A DNA stretch of 64,000 bases from a virus. Lineage: Duplodnaviria > Caudoviricetes. Shown here piece after piece: positions 30,315-39,200 of this stretch. The DNA is taken from the IMG/VR virus record IMGVR_UViG_3300014000_000001, positions 168,791-232,790 of that record; one strand, given 5' to 3'. The position numbers and the translations under genes are program-made. The notes under the pieces were generated by a model that saw nothing but the letters and a program-made list of their open reading frames with translations, did not search any database and was not told where the DNA came from. Each line of letters begins with the position of its first letter. Within the stretch, counting starts at the first letter, position 1.

Positions 30315-31547
30315 ATGTCAAACAAATCAAGAGCAAGAAAGAATAAACGTATTCAATTAGTATCGAAGGATGAATTACGCATTGCTCGTTATAACCATAC
30401 TCTAGAGATCGCGACCAGACGGGTAACTAAAAGTTTTGGTACATATCCCGTATTACTTATTAATCCAAGAGCGAACGGTAGGATCTATGCTCGAGGTGGA
30501 TTGAAAAAAGCTATAAGCTCAATCAAAGATGGGATAAAAGGTAGTTTATCTCATAGGGCACAATGTGTTGCTTTTGATCCAGATGATAAATGGCTGGAGG
30601 ACCTTATTTCGAAACATGGACTAAATGCATTTGTACCAACTCACTTACAACCTCAAGCGTTACGTGACTCGTTTACTAATCCTAGCTTCTCAATCGCAGC
30701 ACGCGGGATGGAGGAAGGGGATGGTTTTGAAATCATGACTTGGGATGCAGTTGAAAATAGTGAAATTTCAGACACACTTAACGCATTTAAACATTGGCAA
30801 GAAGATATGTTAGGGCAATGTGGGATAGTCCCTGAACTTTTAGAAATGAAAAATGAGGTCGGATTTGCTTCGCAATATATCGCACCAATCCCTAAAAATA
30901 CGCCTAAAGAAGAACCCCAAAGATACGCAAGTCTCATATCCCCACAAAGACAACGAGAATGCCAAACCCCACAACATATCATTGACACCTTGTATGGGAA
31001 TCGTGAAATCCCAATCGATGATAGTAAGATTACCGAACATAAAACAGCATCCCAATTAATACAAGAGCGGTTGCTACATGAGAAAGAAGAGCGGCGAACT
31101 TTAAAGAGTATTGAACAAATACAATCGTCATTAGGTTTAAGCAAACCATTTGATCATTTCTATCTAAAGGTCCCTATTACGGTTTATGAGTTCTTTGAAC
31201 ATTATTTAACAATATTACCCGATGGTAGATGGCTCCCTAAACCAGAACTTCGCGATGCACCAATTGACATGTTGAAAACACCGTATAAATCTGGTCCATT
31301 TATGTTGGCTGTTGTTACTGCCAATGAAGACACCGAATGGCGGGTTCAGCTTGAAAATTACGGATATGCAAGAATGGAAATTAATCATCAAGAGATACAG
31401 TTCGCCTCAGGTGAACCTAACTTTAAACAAGTGAAGCGCTATTTCTTAATCGTGTTAGAAAGCAAGCTTTCACATAACTGTCTTAAAGGTTTTAATATTG
31501 GACAGCCCTTCCATATTACGGATTTATTATTGGAGAATAAATCATGA
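30315..31547 (+). CDS. Hypothetical protein with degenerate prohead-protease-like and portal-like segments
   Basis: TAGAGG RBS; see findings. Confidence 0.7.
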   Translation: MSNKSRARKNKRIQLVSKDELRIARYNHTLEIATRRVTKSFGTYPVLLINPRANGRIYARGGLKKAISSIKDGIKGSLSHRAQCVAFDPDDKWLEDLISKHGLNAFVPTHLQPQALRDSFTNPSFSIAARGMEEGDGFEIMTWDAVENSEISDTLNAFKHWQEDMLGQCGIVPELLEMKNEVGFASQYIAPIPKNTPKEEPQRYASLISPQRQRECQTPQHIIDTLYGNREIPIDDSKITEHKTASQLIQERLLHEKEERRTLKSIEQIQSSLGLSKPFDHFYLKVPITVYEFFEHYLTILPDGRWLPKPELRDAPIDMLKTPYKSGPFMLAVVTANEDTEWRVQLENYGYARMEINHQEIQFASGEPNFKQVKRYFLIVLESKLSHNCLKGFNIGQPFHITDLLLENKS

Positions 31548-31762
31548 GTGATCCTAATATAAGGCAAGATGGTTATGTTGTGGAATGAGATGAGTTTGTA
31601 AGCCATACCCCATATCTGTTGCTTGATTCCGTGCCAAAATTACCACGACTCACTTTGTTAAATATAGCCTTGTCGTTGTGTGGGTTAATGTCTTCAACTC
31701 CACCTAAATCTGTTTTGATTTATACACCAACAGGAAAGCTCGTCCAACCTAATATTTTATGA
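31544..31762 (+). pseudogene. 73-codon frame interrupted by one in-frame TGA (31586-31588)
   Basis: GGAG RBS, ATGA overlap with the upstream stop; the frame continues 57 sense codons past the TGA. Confidence 0.45.
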
Positions 31763-31766
31763 TTAA

Positions 31767-32519
31767 GTGAGTGTAGGTAAAAAACAAATGGCATATGTCC
31801 TGTTAAATAAACAGGTGTTTAAAGTGGATGACGGTTACCTAGATGAACCTCTGGATAACACTTATTCACTTTACCCTTTAGGTTCTGATGAAGAAGTAGG
31901 TACCATGCGTGCTGATGTTCTTCAACAGATTGGATTTAAGATTAACCCTTGCTTTGCAGGAATCTTTGAAAAGCGAGTCTATGCTCAAGCCCTTAAAGAA
32001 TATCAAAGCATAGACATTCGCGTGGTGTTGCGATTAGTGGTGAATAATGAAAACTTCATCCATTATGTAATTGGTCCAGTACTTATGGACGATATCGCTA
32101 TCCGTGAAGGTGGGCAATATTTTGCCTTCAAAGATGATAGTGACGGTAACCCTATTCTTTTTGGTGCGGATACAGGGTTGTTACTTGGTCAATATTTAAA
32201 GAATGATATTACTGCATGTAATAACAAAGGTTTAGTGGTGCTACACGATGCATACTTTGAGGCAGCCATTGCGAAGCTCAAAGAAATTCACTTACTTCAT
32301 GATGTTTGCATCGATTCTCAATTATTCTCAATTAAGAAAGATCCAGCAACTGTCATTCCTCCAGTGGGTGAGGATGAAGCACACCATGGACCACACTGTA
32401 AATGGTGTATAGAATTAGGATTAAACGGTAATCATGATTGGAATAACGATGGCAATATCTACGATGATCCAACCCACACCACTCATTCCCATTATCAACG
32501 TTTAACAAAATGTAATTAA
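31767..32519 (+). CDS. Hypothetical protein with His/Cys-rich C-terminus
   Basis: HHGPHCKWC...HTTHSHY; the real start may be ATG 31788. Confidence 0.7.
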   Translation: MSVGKKQMAYVLLNKQVFKVDDGYLDEPLDNTYSLYPLGSDEEVGTMRADVLQQIGFKINPCFAGIFEKRVYAQALKEYQSIDIRVVLRLVVNNENFIHYVIGPVLMDDIAIREGGQYFAFKDDSDGNPILFGADTGLLLGQYLKNDITACNNKGLVVLHDAYFEAAIAKLKEIHLLHDVCIDSQLFSIKKDPATVIPPVGEDEAHHGPHCKWCIELGLNGNHDWNNDGNIYDDPTHTTHSHYQRLTKCN

Positions 32520-32533
32520 TCTAGAGGTTTGTC

Positions 32534-32734
32534 ATGGCGCGTTATTATAAACCTATTCCCGAGAGTATTTCCTTTCTTGATTTCAAAGGTGGGATTTACG
32601 AAGCTTTGGAAAATGGCCCTGTTAAAGTTTCTGTAAGGAAAGTACCAGTCTTTGTTGCAATTAAGATTAATGAATATGAAGATTTAATTCAAGAGTTAGA
32701 AGAGCTACGCGCTAAACAAACCGAAGGCGTATAA
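32534..32734 (+). CDS. Phd/YefM (StbD-like) antitoxin-fold small protein
   Basis: SISFLDFK..IYEALENGPVKVSVRKVPVFVAIKINEYEDLIQELEEL follows the Phd/YefM pattern; TAGAGG RBS. Confidence 0.6.
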   Translation: MARYYKPIPESISFLDFKGGIYEALENGPVKVSVRKVPVFVAIKINEYEDLIQELEELRAKQTEGV

Positions 32735-32736
32735 CA

Positions 32737-32766
32737 AAGGATGGATGCCCTAGGGCATCCATCCTT
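32737..32766. repeat. CCTAGG-centred perfect palindrome (30 bp)
   Basis: aaggatggatgccctagggcatccatcctt. Confidence 0.85.
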
Positions 32767-32790
32767 ATCTATGTTAAATTCAATAAATTT

Positions 32791-32813
32791 CAGATATATA
32801 TTATCTAACTGAA
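32791..32813 (+). promoter_or_regulatory. Phage early promoter-like motif, copy 4
   Basis: cagatatatattatctaactgaa. Confidence 0.75.
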
Positions 32814-32852
32814 CAATAACGTTTATTTAGAATTATTCTTAAAGAGGTTATC

Positions 32853-33074
32853 ATGATACTATTTCTATCGAAAAAAGAAATGAACTCTATTTCTCAATTT
32901 TTAACAACGAAGGGGTTAGATCCATTAGAGTATATGGATTTAGATTCTGAGAGTGGGGTATGTGGTAGATTTGATGTGGAAGTATTTAAGGGTCATGATG
33001 ACTTGATACTTGTAAATGAAGATTCTGTAAGGATAGTTGGTTTAGGTACCTTTTATCCTGAAGATGAAGATTAA
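32853..33074 (+). CDS. Small acidic early protein (73 aa), monocistronic
   Basis: Has its own promoter motif, AGAGG RBS and terminator. Confidence 0.75.
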   Translation: MILFLSKKEMNSISQFLTTKGLDPLEYMDLDSESGVCGRFDVEVFKGHDDLILVNEDSVRIVGLGTFYPEDED

Positions 33075-33106
33075 AAAAAGAAGCTCCCTAGGGAGCTTCT
33101 TTTTTT
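33073..33106. terminator. CCTAGG-centred perfect palindrome (34 bp), bidirectional terminator-like
   Basis: aaaaaaagaagctccctagggagcttcttttttt; the 22-bp core is identical to that at 29597-29618. Confidence 0.85.
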
Positions 33107-33108
33107 TT

Positions 33109-34380
33109 CTATGCTGGTTTTATAAATTCTAAAGTAAGCCATTGGTTGCGCATAGCTCGGGATAGATAAGGTGTGCTTTCAGCCACAGTAATTGGTCGAT
33201 AGCGCCAAGGAGCAGTATCCCTGATGTTCACCTTACGTTCAACATATTCAATCGGAGTAATAAAAGCATGTTTCTCATTCATGAATGGATGTTTACTTAC
33301 TCCTTGATAAAAGTATGGTGTGAAACGTCCAAATTCATCAATCATTGGACGATAGGCATACTTAGTATCGTAATAACGCCCATAGATTGAACCGTAGAGG
33401 GTAGGGGCTTTCCTAACCGCCATATAAGGTCTATCTACCACAATAGCAAATGATTGACTCATACGCAGTACAGAGAGAATAAAAGCATCTGATAAAAGAT
33501 ACTCAATCGAGATAGGATTAACCCGATAATCTCGATCAGCAAGCATGAGTTCTGGAAACTCTAAATAATGCGTAGCTAATTGAATCCGATCAATGAAATT
33601 AATCCGAGATAAGTTCAACACCACCTTACCTAGATCCTCATCCACAATTTGAATGGCATCACGAGAATAAATCAAATGCCCTGCAATAGAAAACATTAAA
33701 CTTTTATCTTTAAGATCAATACCTAAATCTAAATAACATTCTTGATAATAAGAAATATCTGAATGAGTTTTAAGTATCTCAATATCTTTAAAACTTCTTA
33801 AATCAACCCCGCCAACATTAACAAAAGATAAAACCCCAACTTGATTCATTTTTGAATGTAAGATACTTTTTGTTGCATCGGTAACTTTCACCCCTTCTTT
33901 AAATTCAGAATGTAGATGCAAGTAACCATTAATACTAAACACTACCGATTCTGCTAAAAGAGTACTATCTACCATGTCTTTAGTTAAATAAAGATCATGC
34001 AATGAACTAAGCGGATATCCTGAAATAGTTGAGGTTGGATGTACTGCTTGTTTTTTAAACCCAGCTTGATAGGCATCTGCATAACGCATAACACCAAATT
34101 CATATTCAGGCTCAGTCTTAATTGTGGGAAGAATCCTACTTCCGTTAATGCTTAACCACTGTTTAACAGTTGTGTCGAATGAGGTTAGATTTAAGTTGGT
34201 TTCTTTCATTACTTTTAAAGGAAGAAATAACTCTCCTGGAAGATCAGTATTACTTAAAACTAAATACCCATCAGAATAGGTTTTATAAAGGTTTGAAATA
34301 GATAAATCACCCACATCAACTTCATTAAATCCAGTGGGTTTTTTTGTTGCGAAAAGTACAGCGGTGACTAAACTATACAT
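33109..34380 (-). CDS. phiKZ-like virion structural protein (~420 aa)
   Basis: YADAYQAGF, FSINGYLH and LRMSQSFAIVVD motifs recalled from chimallivirus virion proteins; divergent from the fibre cluster. Confidence 0.6.
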   Translation of the reverse strand: MYSLVTAVLFATKKPTGFNEVDVGDLSISNLYKTYSDGYLVLSNTDLPGELFLPLKVMKETNLNLTSFDTTVKQWLSINGSRILPTIKTEPEYEFGVMRYADAYQAGFKKQAVHPTSTISGYPLSSLHDLYLTKDMVDSTLLAESVVFSINGYLHLHSEFKEGVKVTDATKSILHSKMNQVGVLSFVNVGGVDLRSFKDIEILKTHSDISYYQECYLDLGIDLKDKSLMFSIAGHLIYSRDAIQIVDEDLGKVVLNLSRINFIDRIQLATHYLEFPELMLADRDYRVNPISIEYLLSDAFILSVLRMSQSFAIVVDRPYMAVRKAPTLYGSIYGRYYDTKYAYRPMIDEFGRFTPYFYQGVSKHPFMNEKHAFITPIEYVERKVNIRDTAPWRYRPITVAESTPYLSRAMRNQWLTLEFIKPA

Positions 34381-34473
34381 ATATTTACACCTGCGTATGT
34401 TATGAAATGGTCATCCTAATCATATCAAATGACATAAAGAGACCGCTATTATAATTTGCTCTCGGAGAGAATC

Positions 34474-36276
34474 ATGGCTAATATTGGCTACCCTTTAGAT
34501 GAACTGGGGACAAATCCAGATAACAAAGTTTTTGAAAGACGTGTTCTTACTGCAAAAGTGATTGATGGTCGTTGTTTCATGATTCCGAAAGTCACCCCAT
34601 TCTTTGCAGACGGTTTGAGTATCACAACAGGTACAACAACACTCATCCGTGACGTTGATTATCAATTAATCCTACATTCTCCAGAAATGGTTGAGCGTTT
34701 AGATAAAGATGTTTATGCTGGTATTTTGTTTCACAAACTTACCTTGAACCAGATTGTAGATTTGAACTACCAAACTCCAGGTGGGGATTTTAACCTACCA
34801 CTTGGACATACTGCTGAAAACCTTGCTCGTTTGATGCGTAACCCACTTTATACAACTTTCTCACAAATCACTGGAACGCCAGCAGGGTTGCCAACGTTTT
34901 CACATATTGAAGACTGGAGTGCGGTGCAAGACTTTGGCGATTTAGTTAATAAGATGAACCTTATTTATCTAGCTTTGCTGGCTAAAGGTACTGGAGGTTC
35001 AGGTGGTGATGGTTCAATATTCTTACAAGCATTACAAGATCACATCAATACAACAGGGCAAGCTCACACTAAAGAACAAGTGGGTTTAGGGAATTTACAA
35101 AACTATCCAGTAGCACAATACACGGATTTCAATGGACCAACTTATCCAATAAATCGATATGTGACACCACGAACAGTGATGTATGCAATCAACTTATTTA
35201 TTGGTGATGCCATTGATAAAGTGAAAACTCAAATCTCAGATCTTGAAGCACTATCACAACAAACCCAATCTGATTGGAATCAATTACAGTTAGAGTGGAA
35301 TGATTTAAAGACTACGCTTAATGCGGTAAGTCAGAATTATCAACAAATGGTTCAGCAAGTTCAAGGATATCAACAAAATCTCGTCCAGTTAAATCAAAAC
35401 TACGCAACGGTGATTCAGAACCAACAAACTTGGACACAAAAATTACAAGAAATCAACACCACGATGTTGGAGTATTCTCAAGACTACGTTGCGGTTATCC
35501 AAGCAAAAGATCAATTGATTATTGAATTTAACGCATTGAAACAAGCTTATGATAGTTACGCTCAGTCGATTACAAATCTAACCAATGGGTTATCTAGTGC
35601 AGTTGCTCGAATTACAGGGCTTGAAAAACATGCTCTTTATCCACAAACCAAAGTGATTACTCAAGGTTCTTACAACTTTAAAATCAAAGCAGGTGAGAAG
35701 TTTGAGATTACCTTAATCGGTGCAGGTGGTGGCGTCGGTGAATATATCACGGATCCCCCTTCTCTATCTGCGATCATGAATGGTGAACATGGCGGTTCTA
35801 CAAGCTTCTGGTGCTTACAATCAGACAATGGTGAATATACCCCAAATAACAAAGCGATTGCTGTGGCTGAAGGGGGTTTCGGCGGTTGCTCTAGCTATGG
35901 TAATGTTTCAGGTACTGTCTCTTCTTGGGGCATTGGTGGTCGTGGAGGTGCGTTTGAGGTACAACAATCCTTGATTGAACCTATTGAATTATCCAACGGT
36001 GAAGGTGGGTTAAAAGGTTATGGGGATTTCAATGCAACGATCTCTACTCAAAACCAAGGCTATGAATACTTCGGAACAAAGTGGGGTAAAGGAGCATTAA
36101 CAAATAATGCGGTTGGTCAAGGTGGTGAAGGTGCAATCGCTTCATTCCGCTACGAAAACAAAACCCAAAAAGAATTAGATTTTCAGGTTGTCGTTGGTGT
36201 ACGCGGACGTTCTTATAATCCGAGCAAAAACAATGCAACTGGCGGGTTAGCCATCATTAAGAAAATCACAACATAA
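34474..36276 (+). CDS. Tail fibre: phiKZ gp145/146-like anchor, coiled-coil shaft, Gly-rich C-terminal domain
   Basis: YPLDELGTNPDN..PFF anchor; HTKEQVGLGNLQNY motif; long heptad region; LIGAGGG/GGFGG/GQGGEG; probable ATG 34474. Confidence 0.75.
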   Translation: MANIGYPLDELGTNPDNKVFERRVLTAKVIDGRCFMIPKVTPFFADGLSITTGTTTLIRDVDYQLILHSPEMVERLDKDVYAGILFHKLTLNQIVDLNYQTPGGDFNLPLGHTAENLARLMRNPLYTTFSQITGTPAGLPTFSHIEDWSAVQDFGDLVNKMNLIYLALLAKGTGGSGGDGSIFLQALQDHINTTGQAHTKEQVGLGNLQNYPVAQYTDFNGPTYPINRYVTPRTVMYAINLFIGDAIDKVKTQISDLEALSQQTQSDWNQLQLEWNDLKTTLNAVSQNYQQMVQQVQGYQQNLVQLNQNYATVIQNQQTWTQKLQEINTTMLEYSQDYVAVIQAKDQLIIEFNALKQAYDSYAQSITNLTNGLSSAVARITGLEKHALYPQTKVITQGSYNFKIKAGEKFEITLIGAGGGVGEYITDPPSLSAIMNGEHGGSTSFWCLQSDNGEYTPNNKAIAVAEGGFGGCSSYGNVSGTVSSWGIGGRGGAFEVQQSLIEPIELSNGEGGLKGYGDFNATISTQNQGYEYFGTKWGKGALTNNAVGQGGEGAIASFRYENKTQKELDFQVVVGVRGRSYNPSKNNATGGLAIIKKITT

Positions 36277-36288
36277 TTGGAGTCTTCC

Positions 36289-39200
36289 ATGACTTTTGAT
36301 CCAAGACATGAAATTGGAGAGGATTACGAGGGAGTGAGTCCTCGCCACTCCCAAGTTAACGAAGTTCGGGAATTCACCAACGACTCAAACACACGTTTGT
36401 TCATGCCCGACTGTGGACCTTTCTATAAAAACTCTTTGAGTATTAAAAACATTGCCGATGGTAAACCACTTGTTCAGGATATTGATTACCGTTGTCTGAT
36501 AATGGATGACGTAGCTACTGAAAAATCAGGAAAAGAAGTATGTGGGTTTATCGAAGTACTTGATACTAACATTTCTTCTGTGATTTATGATTATCGGTTT
36601 GTTGGTGGTGGACATAGTACAGGTTACTTTGTTTTACGCCATCTTATGCAGATGTATCCAGATGGTATCAATGCAATCACTGAATGGTCAAACATCTTAA
36701 ACCTACCTACTGAATTTGATCCATCTTATCATACTCACCATGTACGTGAGATTTTTAATACTGAACAGATGTTAATTTGGTTAGAGCGTATTCGTTGTGG
36801 TGTGATTGAGTTCTATACCGAAAACTTTAAAGCTATTTACGATGCAGCTCAAACGCGTATTGATAACCTGTATAATAAGTTAGATACAGAATATGTTAAA
36901 ATAACCAATGAAATTTTAGCGATATTTAATAAGTTAAAAATTCAGGGTGAAGAATATATTCTTACCGATAATGCGACCAATCCAGCAAGTGAGCGTGGTT
37001 ACGGTAATTGGGTTCTCGTGAAGAACACCATTCTTTACGGTGCGGCAAATACCTTTGTGGTTGGTACAGGTACTTTGATGGCGTTGGGGTCAGAACAACT
37101 GATTCGTAACACCTATATTTGGAAGAACGTAGAAAACAAAACTCAACCAAGTTATAGCCTAACCGCTGATAAGCAAGCGATCAATGAAGGGGATTCAATC
37201 ACCTTTACGATCAAGGCTTTAAATACTGGAGTGTCCAGTATGGCGTTGGATTGGGAAATCGTTGGTGCGGATGCTCTAGATATTGTGGGTGGGTTAGCGA
37301 CAGGTAAAGTAACTCTAACAGGTTCAAATGCGTCAACAGTCACAGTTACTTTTGCAAAGGATCGAAGAACTGAAGGGGATAAAACCTATTACTTCAAGAT
37401 TCGTAACGTAGCTGACTTAGATGTTGCCTTTGTCGTGAACGATACATCGGTAACTCAAACTGTAGGATTGGAATTTCGCAAAACCAATATCGGCGCAGTG
37501 AGCTCAATTCTTGAAGATGATACGGTAACTCTTGCGATTAACACAGTAGGTTTTAATGGTAAGACACTTAATCTTACTTGGAGTGGTTTAACTAATGCTG
37601 ACTTCTCACAACCACCACCTACCAGCGTTGCAATCACGAGCAATACTACATTATTAGAGCTTAAAACTGTAGGTAACCTGAAAGCAGATGGCGATCGTAT
37701 TTTGAAAGTTGAAGCGCGTGATGCTGCTGATACTTCTTACCTTGCTGCAAGTGCTCAGGTGTTGGTTAAAGATACCTCATTGAGTTTAGAAGCCTCTATT
37801 TCATTTATTGTTAATGGACTACTTACCACAACAGTCAATGAAGGGAATAATTTTAATATCCGCATCAATACTAATGGTGGTGTTGGAAGAAAGCTACGTC
37901 TTGAATACTCGAGTAATAAACAATTAACAGAGTTCTCTGGGTTACTTGAACAGGTAACCATTCAAACTGGTAATGTGGTTGAAATTACAGCTCAGCATCA
38001 CGAAAACAATGCAACTGCTTTGGTTCAAGAATACTTACGGGTTAAAGTATTTGATGTTAACACAAACATTCAATTGGATGATAAAATCCTACAGTTTAAG
38101 GATACTTCACTTACACCAAATTACGTAAGTTATTTCTCTAGTGACGCCGCAGGTACGAATGAAATAACTGAGGTGAATGAGGGGTCTAAATTCTACTTTA
38201 TCATGAAGGTAGCTAATTGGGTTCCTGGGGCTGATCTCCCTACCAATGACTTTAACTACTTATTGAATGGGGTTACTCAAACTCTTCCTAATCTTCAAGC
38301 ACGAATTACAAATGGTTTTTACAACCGTTTAATTTTCGGAGGCACCAACAATAAAACAGGCGTAACTTGGAGTGGGGGTAATCAGTTAGCGATTGAATTT
38401 ACTGCGGTTGCCGATCAAAAGGTATCTGGGGATACGGATTTCTCAGTACAGGTAAAACCAATTGCTGTAGCGAATTGGGAAATTACTCGCAGTATCCGAA
38501 TCAACGATACATCAATAGCTGCTATCACAGCCCAGTGGTCATCAGCTCAAAATACATTAGTTCCAATCTCATCAATTGATGAGATGAATAGCGTTGGAGA
38601 AAATAAAACTGCTTGGTTATGGCTTGGAACAACTGGCGATTTACGTGGTTTAGGGGACTTGCAATTAGATGTCTCTGGTAATATCCAAGAAGATGACTTT
38701 GTAACTACTTTCCCAATCACGACTAAATTTACCGCAGTTAATCAAACCTTAAAAATCCCAGTCACCGTACGTGCAGATTTCACCACAGAAGGAACTGAGT
38801 CATTTACCTTAACTGCTTCGTATCAGACCAATAAAGGTTTACGTCGTAATTTTGCAAGTGCTTATCTTACTGTGAATGATAACTCAAATGAGCTACCATT
38901 GAGCGTAGCGCTTTCTGGGACGAATAATGATGTTGCAGGTTATAGCGAGTGGAAACCCATCACTGTAACAGTAACATCTGCAGTATTGGCTTACGCGACA
39001 AATGTAACAGCTTTGATCCAGTATGAAGATGGTTCTGATGCAACTGAGCGCTTTCAACAAATTGCATTAACTGGTAGCCATCCTGCAAACAGTTCCACTA
39101 TGAATCTAACTTTGATTCCAAAGGCGAATCGTAAAACTTATAGTAAGAATAACTTTAAGATTACGACCATCCGTAACCTTAGCGATGGAACACAAATTTC

